Source: an uncultured virus (IMG/VR IMGVR_UViG_3300030389_002325)
Taxonomy: Duplodnaviria; Heunggongvirae; Uroviricota; Caudoviricetes; Crassvirales
Direction: 5' to 3' (one strand)
DNA: 64,000 nt
Virus record (IMG/VR): IMGVR_UViG_3300030389_002325
How positions within the stretch are numbered: position 1 is the first letter of the stretch; the number at the start of each line of letters is the position of its first letter. Below are positions 18,883-29,038 of the stretch, piece by piece. Both the position numbers and the translations under genes were made by a program. Below the pieces are notes generated by a model. That model made no database searches. It saw only the letters and a list, made by a program, of their open reading frames with translations, and had not been told where the DNA came from.

Positions 18883-21101
18883 GTTATGAGCAAACGCTTT
18901 GGAAAGAAGTTAAAGATGTTGTAAATCCAAAGATACTAGCTAAAAACAACAGGTTTAAAAAATGGGAGTATGGTTATAACCCTAATTATGATTTTGTAGT
19001 AATAAGTAAAACAGGTAAAATTGGACAAATCATTGAAATACAGAATCTCAGGATTGCTTTACCAGCAACAGATGAACCGTTTAAACGAAGTGAAAAAAAA
19101 GCGGAACAGTATTGGGAAAAACAAGAGTACCCAAAAGAACTAAATAAAATAAAAAGTAGATTTGATTGGGAAGAATATCCTAATGAATTTAAAGAAAAAT
19201 GGTACGATTATATTGATAATGAATTTAATAGACGAGAAAAAGGATTTTGGTTTTATAATGATGGTATTGCTACTTACATTACTGGCACTCATTACATGTA
19301 CTTGCAATGGTCAAAGATCGACGTTGGAGCACCTGACTATAGAGAAGCAAATAGACTCTTCTTTATATTTTGGGAAGCATGTAAAGCAGACAACAGATGT
19401 TACGGAATGTGTTACCTCAAAAACAGAAGGTCTGGATTCAGCTTTATGTCAAGCGCGGAACTTGTTAACCAAGCTACAATATCTTCCGATTCTAGATACG
19501 GTATATTGTCCAAAACTGGTGCCGATGCCAAAAAAATGTTTACAGATAAAGTTGTCCCAATATCCGTCAACTACCCGTTCTTCTTTAAACCTATTCAAGA
19601 CGGGATGGACAGGCCGAAAACTGAGTTGGCATATAGAGTTCCAGCCTCGAAGCTTACTCGTAGAAAGCTCCAGGAAAATATTAAAGAATTAGAACTAGAA
19701 GGATTAGATACAACTATTGATTGGAAAAACACTGGTGATAACTCATATGATGGTGAAAAGCTAAAATTATTAGCTCATGATGAAAGTGGTAAATGGGAAA
19801 GACCTGATAATATATTAAACAATTGGAGAGTTACAAAAACTACATTAAGGTTAGGATCAAGAGTTGTAGGTAAATGTATGATGGGCTCAACATCAAATGC
19901 TTTAGATAAAGGTGGAGACAACTTCAAAAAACTATACTACGCTTCTGACGTTACTAAAAGAAATAGAAACGGACAAACATCTTCTGGGCTCTATAGCTTG
20001 TTCATTCCTATGGAATGGAACTACGAAGGATTCATCGATACTTATGGATTACCTGTATTCATTAGAAACAAAGCTACAGTCAAAGGAGTTGATGGCTACG
20101 AAATTACAACAGGAGTTATCGAGCACTGGGAAAATGAAGTTGAAGGTTTAAAAAGCGATCCTGATAGTTTAAATGAATACTATAGACAGTTTCCAAGAAC
20201 TGAACAACACGCTTTTAGAGATGAAACTAAAGATAGTTTATTTAACTTAACTAAAATATACGAACAAATAGATTTTAATGCGGAGTTAAATAATAGTACA
20301 GCTGTAACAACTGGTAGTTTTCAATGGCAAAATGGAGTTAAAGATACTAAAGTTATATTTTTTCCTAACAAAGATGGTAGGTTTAAAATAAGTTGGGTAC
20401 CGCCTGTTAATCTACAAAACTTAATGTTATTTAAAAATGGTGTTAAATATCCTGCTAATGAACACATTGGTGCTTTTGGTTTAGATAGTTACGACATATC
20501 AGGTACTGTAGATGGTAAAGGTTCTAATGGAGCATTACATGGTTTAACTAAGTTTTCAATGGAAGACGCGCCACCTAATCATTTCTTTTTAGAATATATA
20601 TCAAGGCCACAGACGGCTGAAATATTTTTTGAAGATGTATTAATGGCTATGGTATTTTATGGCATGCCAATACTTGCTGAAAATAATAAACCTAGGTTTT
20701 TATATTATTTAAAACGAAGAGGTTATAGGGCTTATTCAATCAATAGACCTGATAAAGTATGGAATAAATTATCACCAACAGAAAAAGAAATAGGTGGTAT
20801 ACCAAATACAAGTGAAGATATTAAGCAAGCACATGCTGCTGCTATAGAGTCTTATATAGAAACTTATGTAGGATTAAAAGAAACTGGTTATGGTGATATG
20901 TATCATCAAAAAACACTAGAAGACTGGGCTAAGTTTAATATAAATAACAGAACTAAACACGATGCTTCTATTAGTTCTGGTTTAGCTATAATGGCTTGCA
21001 ATAAAAATAAATACACACCAGTAGCAAAAAGATTAAAAAAATATGTTGATTTAGGCATAAAAAAATACGATAACACAGGTTATGTTTCAAAAATAAAATA
21101 A
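18879..21101 (+). CDS. terL: Terminase large subunit
   Basis: Walker A-like KNRRSGFS, Walker B LAHDESGKW, coupling motif GSTSN, nuclease GLDSYD, ENN and HD. Confidence 0.9.
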   Translation: MSYEQTLWKEVKDVVNPKILAKNNRFKKWEYGYNPNYDFVVISKTGKIGQIIEIQNLRIALPATDEPFKRSEKKAEQYWEKQEYPKELNKIKSRFDWEEYPNEFKEKWYDYIDNEFNRREKGFWFYNDGIATYITGTHYMYLQWSKIDVGAPDYREANRLFFIFWEACKADNRCYGMCYLKNRRSGFSFMSSAELVNQATISSDSRYGILSKTGADAKKMFTDKVVPISVNYPFFFKPIQDGMDRPKTELAYRVPASKLTRRKLQENIKELELEGLDTTIDWKNTGDNSYDGEKLKLLAHDESGKWERPDNILNNWRVTKTTLRLGSRVVGKCMMGSTSNALDKGGDNFKKLYYASDVTKRNRNGQTSSGLYSLFIPMEWNYEGFIDTYGLPVFIRNKATVKGVDGYEITTGVIEHWENEVEGLKSDPDSLNEYYRQFPRTEQHAFRDETKDSLFNLTKIYEQIDFNAELNNSTAVTTGSFQWQNGVKDTKVIFFPNKDGRFKISWVPPVNLQNLMLFKNGVKYPANEHIGAFGLDSYDISGTVDGKGSNGALHGLTKFSMEDAPPNHFFLEYISRPQTAEIFFEDVLMAMVFYGMPILAENNKPRFLYYLKRRGYRAYSINRPDKVWNKLSPTEKEIGGIPNTSEDIKQAHAAAIESYIETYVGLKETGYGDMYHQKTLEDWAKFNINNRTKHDASISSGLAIMACNKNKYTPVAKRLKKYVDLGIKKYDNTGYVSKIK

Positions 21102-23522
21102 ATGAATATAATTCCAAACGCAAACACTACAAGTTCTTTTCCTAGTCAGGTAGTACCTGATGCAGAGAAAGCTACATATGAATATGGTTTACGTGTTGCT
21201 AGAGCTATTGAAGACGAGTGGTTTAGAAATGATAGAGGCAGTTATGATAGATTCAATACAAACTACAATAATTTCCATAGACTAAGGTTATATGCTAGAG
21301 GCGAGCAATCTGTGCAAAAATATAAAGATGAACTATCTATAAATGGTGACTTAAGCTATTTAAATCTAGACTGGAAGCCTGTACCTGTTATACCTAAATT
21401 TGTAGATATTGTTGTAAATGGAATGTCTCAAAGAAGTTATGACATAAAAGCATTTGCTCAAGATCCTGAATCTATAATGAAAAGAACTGCTTATGCTGAA
21501 GCTTTGCAAAGAGATATGATGCAAAAAGATCTTATAAATCAAATAAAGCAAGTAACAGGTTTAGACGTTTCTAAGTCTCAAGGTAAAGGTTTAGAAATGG
21601 AAAGTGAAGAAGATTTACAGCTTCACATGCAAATGGATTATAAAGATGCTATAGAAGTTGCTGAAGAAGAAGTTATAAATCAAGTATTAGATTATAATAG
21701 GTATGATTTAATTAGGAAAAGATTAAATTACGACTTAACTGTAATAGGTATCGCTTGTGTTAAAACTAATTTTAATAAATCAAATGGTATTGAAATAGAT
21801 TATGTAGATCCATCTAATTTGGTTTATTCATATACAGATGACCCTAACTTTGAAGATTTATATTACGTAGGTGAAGTTAAATCAATTAGTTTACCAGAAC
21901 TTAAAAAACAATTTCCTAATTTAACACCAGCTGACATAGAAGAAATACAAAAATACCCAGGTAACTCTACATATACTAGAAATTTTAATGGTAGGTATGA
22001 TGATCAAACTATTCAAGTACTTTATTTTGAATATAAAACTTATACTAATCAAGTATTTAAAATAAAAGAAACTGCTTCAGGACTTGAAAAAACTTTAGAA
22101 AAGCAAGATGTATTTTTAGAAGCTCCTGAAAATGATAACTTTAAAAAAGCTTATAGATCGATAGAAACATTATATAGAGGTGCTAAAATACTAGGTCATG
22201 AAAAAATGTTAAATTGGACACTATGCCCTAATATGACTAGGCCTAATGCTGATACTACTAGAGTTAACATGAATTACAACATAGTAGCTCCAAGGCTTTA
22301 TAAGGGTAGAGTTGAATCATTAGTTAGTAGAATTACTACGTTTGCTGACATGATACAATTAACTCATTTAAAGTTACAACAAGTAATGTCAAGAGTAGTT
22401 CCAGATGGTGTATTTATGGACGTTGATGGTCTTGCAGAAGTTGATTTAGGTAATGGTACTAATTATAATCCAGCTGAGGCTTTAAATATGTATTTCCAAA
22501 CTGGTAGTCTTGTAGGTAGATCATATACTCAAGATGGTGGACCTAACCCAGGTAAAGTGCCTATACAAGAACTTTCCACTTCAAATGGTATGGGTAAAAT
22601 ACAATCATTAATACAAACTTATGAGTATTATCTTAAAATGATTAGAGATGTAACCGGTTTAAATGAAGCAAGAGATGGTAGTACTCCAGATAAATTTGCT
22701 TTAGTAGGATTACAAAAATTAGCTGCTGCTAATTCTAATACAGCTACTAGACATATACTTCAAGCTAGTTTATATTTAACTTTAAAAACTTGTGAAAATA
22801 TTTCATTAAGAGCAGCTGATGCTTTAATGTTTCCAATGACTAAACAATCATTAATGCAAAGTATATCTAGATATAATGTAGGAACATTAGAGGAGCTTTC
22901 TAAATTAAATATACATGATTTTGGTATATTTTTAGAGTTAGAACCAGATGAAGAAGAAAAACAAATATTAGAGCAAAATATACAAATAGCTTTAAAAGCT
23001 GGGCAAATAGAGTTAGAAGATGCTATAGATATTAGAGAAGTTAATAATTTAAAATTAGCTAATCAAATGTTAAAAAAGCGTAGAAAAGATAAAGCAGCTA
23101 GAGATCAACAAGCACAACAAGCTAATATACAAGCTCAAGCACAAGCAAATGCACAAACTACTGAAGCTGCTGCTTTAGCTGAAACACAGAAACAGCAAGT
23201 GTTAACTGAGCAAAAAATGCAACTTGAAAAAGCTAAATCTGATTTTGAAATACAAAAAATGGAAAGAGAAGCTCAAGTTAAGCAACAGTTAATGGAATTA
23301 GAGTTTAATTACAATATGCAATTAACTCAAGCTCAAGGAAGAGCTAAAATAAATGAAGATAAATTTAAAGAAGATCGTAAAGACGAAAGAACAAAAATAC
23401 AAGCAACACAACAATCTGAGTTAATAGATCAAAGAAAAAATGATTTATTACCTAAAAACTTTGAGTCTGCCGGTAATGATAATATGGGTGGATTTGGTCT
23501 AGAGCAATTTGAGCCTAGATAA
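21102..23522 (+). CDS. Portal protein
   Basis: 806 aa directly after TerL; P.IPKFVDIV, VTGLN..RDG and a C-terminal Q-rich barrel helix. Confidence 0.85.
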   Translation: MNIIPNANTTSSFPSQVVPDAEKATYEYGLRVARAIEDEWFRNDRGSYDRFNTNYNNFHRLRLYARGEQSVQKYKDELSINGDLSYLNLDWKPVPVIPKFVDIVVNGMSQRSYDIKAFAQDPESIMKRTAYAEALQRDMMQKDLINQIKQVTGLDVSKSQGKGLEMESEEDLQLHMQMDYKDAIEVAEEEVINQVLDYNRYDLIRKRLNYDLTVIGIACVKTNFNKSNGIEIDYVDPSNLVYSYTDDPNFEDLYYVGEVKSISLPELKKQFPNLTPADIEEIQKYPGNSTYTRNFNGRYDDQTIQVLYFEYKTYTNQVFKIKETASGLEKTLEKQDVFLEAPENDNFKKAYRSIETLYRGAKILGHEKMLNWTLCPNMTRPNADTTRVNMNYNIVAPRLYKGRVESLVSRITTFADMIQLTHLKLQQVMSRVVPDGVFMDVDGLAEVDLGNGTNYNPAEALNMYFQTGSLVGRSYTQDGGPNPGKVPIQELSTSNGMGKIQSLIQTYEYYLKMIRDVTGLNEARDGSTPDKFALVGLQKLAAANSNTATRHILQASLYLTLKTCENISLRAADALMFPMTKQSLMQSISRYNVGTLEELSKLNIHDFGIFLELEPDEEEKQILEQNIQIALKAGQIELEDAIDIREVNNLKLANQMLKKRRKDKAARDQQAQQANIQAQAQANAQTTEAAALAETQKQQVLTEQKMQLEKAKSDFEIQKMEREAQVKQQLMELEFNYNMQLTQAQGRAKINEDKFKEDRKDERTKIQATQQSELIDQRKNDLLPKNFESAGNDNMGGFGLEQFEPR

Positions 23523-23549
23523 TTTTTATATTAATTATTATATTATATT

Positions 23550-24719
23550 ATGTCAAAAAAAGTAAAAGAAGAAGGTTCTTTTAAGGTCAAGAAAAAGCCT
23601 GGAAGACCAAGAAAACTTGTTTCACAAGATGAAACATTTAAAGTAGATTTAAACAAAAAAGAAGAAGAAGATGCCGTTGAAGAGCAAAAGACAGATGAGG
23701 TATCTGTTCGCGACGGATCCGAAGTTAGCGAAGAAGTTCCTCAAGAAAACAAGCAAGAAACAGTTGAAGAACCTTCCGGAGAAAGTAAAGAAAAAGAAGA
23801 AGAAGTAATTACTATAAGTGAAATTACTGAAGAAGAACAAAAAACTGAAGAACCAGTAGTAGAAAAAACTACTGAGCCTGTTGTAGAACAAAGACAACTT
23901 CCAGAAAACATAGAAAAATTAGTTAAGTTTATGGAAGATACAGGTGGCACAGTTGAAGACTATGTTAGGATTAATGCTGATTATTCTAATGTAGATAATA
24001 ATACTTTATTACAAGAGTATTATAAAAGAACTAGACCTCATTTAAATTATGACGAAATTAGCTTTTTAATGGAAGATAATTTTAAGTATGATGAAGAGGT
24101 TGATGAAGAGCGAGAAATAAAAAAGAAAAAACTCGCTTATAAAGAAGAAATTGCTAAAGCCAAAAACTTTTTGGAGGAAACGAAAAAGAAGTATTACGAC
24201 GAGATCAAGTTGAGACCGGGTGCTACTCAAGAACAACAAAAAGCAATGGACTTTTTCAATAGATACAACGAAGAACAGAAAATGGTTCAAGAGCAACATG
24301 GAAGGTTTAAACAAAGAACCGATAACTTTTTCAACAAAGAATTTAAAGGTTTTAATTTTGATGTTGGAGAGAAGAAGTTTAGGTTTAAAGTTGCTAATAC
24401 CACAAATGTAGCTAAAAACCAATCTGACTTAACTAATCTTGTTGGGAAGTTCCTGGATAATAAAGGGGAAGTCAAAGATTATGCTGGTTATCATAAAGCC
24501 ATTTATGCTGCTGAAAACGCTGATACTATAGCTAGTCATTTTTATGAGCAAGGTAAATCCGATGCTATTAAAGAGATGACTGCTAAATCTAAAAACATAA
24601 CAGAAGACGCTAGGCAAACTGCCGCAAGCGCTGGAGATGTTTTTATTAATGGATTAAGAGTAAAAGCAATATCAGGAGCGAATAGTTCTAAGTTAAAAAT
24701 AAAAACAATAAAAAAATAA
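23550..24719 (+). CDS. Putative capsid scaffolding protein
   Basis: Very acidic, helical, between portal and capsid; ends YEQGK.DA. Confidence 0.65.
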   Translation: MSKKVKEEGSFKVKKKPGRPRKLVSQDETFKVDLNKKEEEDAVEEQKTDEVSVRDGSEVSEEVPQENKQETVEEPSGESKEKEEEVITISEITEEEQKTEEPVVEKTTEPVVEQRQLPENIEKLVKFMEDTGGTVEDYVRINADYSNVDNNTLLQEYYKRTRPHLNYDEISFLMEDNFKYDEEVDEEREIKKKKLAYKEEIAKAKNFLEETKKKYYDEIKLRPGATQEQQKAMDFFNRYNEEQKMVQEQHGRFKQRTDNFFNKEFKGFNFDVGEKKFRFKVANTTNVAKNQSDLTNLVGKFLDNKGEVKDYAGYHKAIYAAENADTIASHFYEQGKSDAIKEMTAKSKNITEDARQTAASAGDVFINGLRVKAISGANSSKLKIKTIKK

Positions 24720-24740
24720 CTTAAACTAAAATTATAAATT

Positions 24741-26231
24741 ATGAGTTTTGCAACAGGGTTGGGGAATGCTTTTCCTCCAACTTTAATTCCAGCTGCTAAA
24801 AAACAAGCGTTAGACACTAATTACTTAGCGTTTAATTCTTCAACTGGCGGCGGAACTTTTGCTCAACAATACCTTCCGGAATTGTATGAAGCAGAAGTTG
24901 AAAGATACGGAAACCGAACTTTACAAGGTTTCTTGAGAATGGTAGGCGCTGAAATGCCTATGGCTTCTGATCAAGTTATTTGGACAGAGCAAAATAGATT
25001 ACACGTAGCTTATCATGGTTGTACAAATAACAATGCTGGAACAATTTTAACAGTTCCATTAGAAGATGATAAAGACTGTGCTATTAGAAAAGGCGCTACT
25101 TTAGTAATGTCTAATGGTATAAACACTGTTAAAGCTAAAGTTAGAGATGTTTCTTTACCAACTGGTAGTGCTGGTTCTAAAACTTGTACAGTAACTTATG
25201 ATACTTACAAAGTTGCTGATGGTCAAGTTTTAGGTAATGCTGCTGCAGGTGCTGTAATCAAAATATTTGTTTATGGTTCTGAGTTTGCTAAAGGTACTGC
25301 AGGTATGGATGTTTCTGGTGCTGCTAGTACTTCTAAAGTTTCTGCTATTCAACCAGATTTTACGCAGTTTTCAAACAAGCCAATTATAATTAAAGACTAT
25401 TACGAAGTTAATGGCTCTGACACTGCTCAAATTGGTTGGGTTGAAGTAGCTACTGAAGCTGGTCAATCAGGGTTTTTATGGTATCTAAAAGCTGAATCTG
25501 AAACAAGATTACGTTTTGAAGATTACTTAGAAATGGCAATGGTTGAAGCTGAGAAAAAAGGTGCTAATGGCGCCGCTCAATTAGCTACAGATAAAACTGA
25601 AGGTTCTGAAGGTTTATTTGCTGCTATTGAAGCAAGAGGTAATGTATATAATGATTTTGCTGGTGCTGCTGCTCCTGGAGCTGGCGCATTAGGAGATTTT
25701 GATACTATCCTTAAGCAATTAGATACACAAGGTGCTATTGAAGAAAACATGCTTTTCTTATCAAGACAAACTGCTCTTGATTTTGATGACATGATTGCTG
25801 CTCAAGCTGGTAATGGTTATGCTTCAACTGGAGCTGCTTCTTACGGTTTATTTAATAACGAAGAAGACATGGCGCTTAACTTTGGTTTCTCTGGTTTTAG
25901 AAGAGGTTCTTATGACTTCTATAAAACTGATTGGAAATATCTAAATGATTTTTCAACTAGAGGATCTATTGGAGATATTGATGGAGTATTAATTCCTGCT
26001 GGAACATCAACTGTTTACGATCAATTATTAGGTTCAAACATCAGAAGACCTTTCTTACATGTAAGATATAGAGCTTCTGAAGCTGATGACCGAAGAATGA
26101 AATCATGGGTTGTAGGTTCTGTAGGAGCCGCTACATCAGGTTTAGATGCAATGCAAATACATTTCTTATCTGAAAGATTACTTTGTGTACAAGGTGCTAA
26201 TAACTTCGTGTTATTAAAATCTACTGTATAA
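24741..26231 (+). CDS. Major capsid protein
   Basis: 496 aa, canonical position, strongly biased codons, GLF.AI..RG motif; a terminator follows the next gene. Confidence 0.85.
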   Translation: MSFATGLGNAFPPTLIPAAKKQALDTNYLAFNSSTGGGTFAQQYLPELYEAEVERYGNRTLQGFLRMVGAEMPMASDQVIWTEQNRLHVAYHGCTNNNAGTILTVPLEDDKDCAIRKGATLVMSNGINTVKAKVRDVSLPTGSAGSKTCTVTYDTYKVADGQVLGNAAAGAVIKIFVYGSEFAKGTAGMDVSGAASTSKVSAIQPDFTQFSNKPIIIKDYYEVNGSDTAQIGWVEVATEAGQSGFLWYLKAESETRLRFEDYLEMAMVEAEKKGANGAAQLATDKTEGSEGLFAAIEARGNVYNDFAGAAAPGAGALGDFDTILKQLDTQGAIEENMLFLSRQTALDFDDMIAAQAGNGYASTGAASYGLFNNEEDMALNFGFSGFRRGSYDFYKTDWKYLNDFSTRGSIGDIDGVLIPAGTSTVYDQLLGSNIRRPFLHVRYRASEADDRRMKSWVVGSVGAATSGLDAMQIHFLSERLLCVQGANNFVLLKSTV

Positions 26232-26258
26232 TTATTAATATTTTAAAGATTAGAAATT

Positions 26259-26528
26259 ATGGGACATATAAAATTAGCAAAAGCTAGTTCTCAGTTTGAT
26301 ATTGTATCTGCTGATGATGTTATTGCTGTTAAAGAAAACAGTGGTAGTAATACTAAAATAGATGTTACTTATGCAAGTGGTCAAACTTGTGTAATAACTC
26401 TAGCTGCAGCACAAGCTGCGGGAGATGTTTTTGAAGTTGTAAAAGCAATTGATATTATGGACGGAGCTTCAGGCCCTGCTCCATTAGTTACTTTAAGTCA
26501 ACTTGTAACAGGAACAGCTAAAGCTTAA
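26259..26528 (+). CDS. Small structural/decoration protein candidate
   Basis: Lies between the capsid gene and its terminator. Confidence 0.55.
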   Translation: MGHIKLAKASSQFDIVSADDVIAVKENSGSNTKIDVTYASGQTCVITLAAAQAAGDVFEVVKAIDIMDGASGPAPLVTLSQLVTGTAKA

Positions 26529-26548
26529 TATTAAGCTATCAAATAAAT

Positions 26549-26576
26549 AAGATCCCGCTTCGGCGGGGTCTTTATT
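26549..26576 (+). terminator. Rho-independent terminator with cUUCGg loop
   Basis: AGATCCCGC-TTCG-GCGGGGTCT followed by TTATT. Confidence 0.85.
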
Positions 26577-26598
26577 AATTATTATATTATATTATATT

Positions 26599-27372
26599 AT
26601 GGAAACAAAAGAAAAAACTCCTAAAGTAAAAAAAGATACTTGGGAATATAAAGATAGATATTATCATTTATTAAATAATGCTTCGCCTTTAACATTTAGA
26701 ATAAATTCTAAACACTCAGTAAGGAAACCTTTAATGTATTTTGACGAAGAAAAAGGTTATAATAGAGAACTTAGGTATGCTACAAATATGAAAAGTCCAT
26801 TTGTAGACGAGCAAAATGGACCAGTAACATTAGGACATATTGTTTTTGAAGATGGCGTACTAATGGTACCAAAATCAGAAGTAGCTTTACAAAAAATGCT
26901 TTCATTATATCATCCTAACAAAGGGTTATTATATTCTGAAAGAGATGAAGTACAAGAAGCTGTAGATGAATTAGATTACTTAGAAATAGAAATAGAAGCT
27001 TTAAACGCTGCTAAAACTATGGATATAGATCAAGCAGAAGCAATATTAAGAGTTGAAGCTGGTTCTAGTGTATCTAACATGAGTTCTAAGGAACTTAAAA
27101 GAGATTTATTATTATTTGCTAGATCTAATCCTAGTTTATTCTTAGAGTTAGCTAATGATGAAAACGTTGAACTTAGAAATTTTGGTATTAAAGCTGTTGA
27201 AGCTGATATATTAAGTTTATCTCAAGATCAAAGAACATTTAGTTGGGCAAGTAATAATAGAAAACTTATGAACGTTCCGTTTGATGAAAATCCTTATTCA
27301 GCTTTAGCTGCCTGGTTTAAGACAGATGAAGGTGTTGAAGTATATAAATCAATAGAGAAAAAGTTCAAATAA
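26599..27372 (+). CDS. Conserved hypothetical phage protein (structural block)
   Basis: 257-aa ORF, RELRYA.N.KSPFVDEQ. Confidence 0.75.
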   Translation: METKEKTPKVKKDTWEYKDRYYHLLNNASPLTFRINSKHSVRKPLMYFDEEKGYNRELRYATNMKSPFVDEQNGPVTLGHIVFEDGVLMVPKSEVALQKMLSLYHPNKGLLYSERDEVQEAVDELDYLEIEIEALNAAKTMDIDQAEAILRVEAGSSVSNMSSKELKRDLLLFARSNPSLFLELANDENVELRNFGIKAVEADILSLSQDQRTFSWASNNRKLMNVPFDENPYSALAAWFKTDEGVEVYKSIEKKFK

Positions 27373-27390
27373 CAAGTGATTATAATTATA

Positions 27391-27416
27391 AGGGGCTACT
27401 AATGTAGCCTCTTTTT
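27391..27416 (+). terminator. Rho-independent terminator
   Basis: AGGGGCTAC-TAAT-GTAGCCTCT-TTTT. Confidence 0.7.
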
Positions 27417-27428
27417 AAAAATATTAAA

Positions 27429-28154
27429 ATGGCAATAAGCGTAGATACTGTATACAAAACTGTATTACTTATTTTAAATAAAGAGCAAAGAGGTTATATG
27501 ACGCCTGATGAATTTAATAAAATAGGTAGCCAAGTACAAAGAGAAATATTTGAAGCTTATTTTGAAGATTTAAATCAACAGCTTCGTGTACCTCAAACTG
27601 ATATAGACTATGCTAATAGAGTTGCTGTTACTGACGAAAAAATTGCAGAATTTAAAACTGAAAATGACCAAACAGTAGCTGAAAAAACTATTGGTGGTAC
27701 AAATCCTTTTACAACTCCATCTGAGTTATATAGACTTGGCTCTTTCACTTATGAGCCTACGTCTGGAGATCCTGTTGAAATACAAAGACTTACTAGAGGT
27801 GAATATTACAATATAAATAAATCACCATTAACTAAACCATCTAAGTCGTTTCCAATATACTTATACGAAGATAATAAAGCTATAGTATATCCAACTACTA
27901 TAAACTCAGCTTCAGAAGTTAAAATGCAGTATTTAAAAAAGCCAACTGATGTTAAATGGGCTTTTACAACTGGTAGTTTAGGTCAATTAGTCTTTGATTC
28001 TGCTAATGCTATTGATTTTGAATTACATAACTCTGAAAGAACTGAAGTAGTATTAAAAGTTTTACTGTATCAAGGTGTAGTAATAAGAGATCCACAAATT
28101 GTACAGGTAGCTGCACAAAAAGTACAACAAGAAGAAGTAAACGAAAAATCTTAA
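27429..28154 (+). CDS. Head-tail adaptor / tail ring protein
   Basis: LNKEQRGY.TP.EFN...Q and Y.KKP..V.W; position after the capsid. Confidence 0.6.
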   Translation: MAISVDTVYKTVLLILNKEQRGYMTPDEFNKIGSQVQREIFEAYFEDLNQQLRVPQTDIDYANRVAVTDEKIAEFKTENDQTVAEKTIGGTNPFTTPSELYRLGSFTYEPTSGDPVEIQRLTRGEYYNINKSPLTKPSKSFPIYLYEDNKAIVYPTTINSASEVKMQYLKKPTDVKWAFTTGSLGQLVFDSANAIDFELHNSERTEVVLKVLLYQGVVIRDPQIVQVAAQKVQQEEVNEKS

Positions 28155-28157
28155 TAA

Positions 28158-29036
28158 ATGGGACTTATAACAGAAACTAATGCTCAATATTACACTGGAA
28201 ACAATTACGGTAGTTATATATACATAAGCCTAGGTGATATTATAAATAATTTTTTAGTAGCTTATGTTGGTGCTGGTAAATTAATACCAAGCGTTAAAAG
28301 AACTGATGTAATGTTTCATGCTAAAAGAGGTTTACAAGAGTTTAGTTATGATACTTTGAAAGTAATAAAGTCACAAGAATTAACTATACCGCCTAGTTTG
28401 TCTTTAGCAATACCTCAAGATTATGTTAATTACGTTAAGGTTTCTTGGATAGACGATTCTGGAGCTAAACATATTATATATCCAACTAGAGTTACTTCTA
28501 ATCCTACAGAACTTCCTATACAAGATAACACTGGTCAACCAACTCAAGATCAGACAGGTACTAATTTACTTTTTCAACAGTCACTAACTGAAGAAAGATG
28601 GAAAGATAGATCATTAACAACCAATAATCAACCTGATGATTATAGAGTACCAAGAAATGAGTTTTTATTAGGCCAAAGATATGGTTTACAACCAGAAGAA
28701 GCTCAAGTAAATGGAACTTTTACTATAAACGAAAGAACTGGAACATTTTCTTTTTCAAATGAATTAGTAGGTAAGTTGATTATATTAGAATACATATCAG
28801 ACAGTTTAGCTTACGATGCCGATATGAAGCTACCTAAAATGGCAGAAGAAGCTATGTACATGCATATAGCTTATTCAATATTAGCCGGTAGATCAGGTGT
28901 GCCAGAATATGTAGTACAAAGATTTAAAAGAGACAGGTCAGCTCAACTTAGAAACGCTAAAATACGTTTAAGTAATATTAAGATAGAAGAAATATCACAA
29001 GTATTTAGAAATAAATCTAAATGGATTAAACATTAA
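28158..29036 (+). CDS. Tail ring/tubular protein
   Basis: P.DYVNYVK, ILEY.SD and P..AEEA; typical of podovirus/crAss-like tail rings. Confidence 0.6.
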   Translation: MGLITETNAQYYTGNNYGSYIYISLGDIINNFLVAYVGAGKLIPSVKRTDVMFHAKRGLQEFSYDTLKVIKSQELTIPPSLSLAIPQDYVNYVKVSWIDDSGAKHIIYPTRVTSNPTELPIQDNTGQPTQDQTGTNLLFQQSLTEERWKDRSLTTNNQPDDYRVPRNEFLLGQRYGLQPEEAQVNGTFTINERTGTFSFSNELVGKLIILEYISDSLAYDADMKLPKMAEEAMYMHIAYSILAGRSGVPEYVVQRFKRDRSAQLRNAKIRLSNIKIEEISQVFRNKSKWIKH

Positions 29037-29038
29037 GT

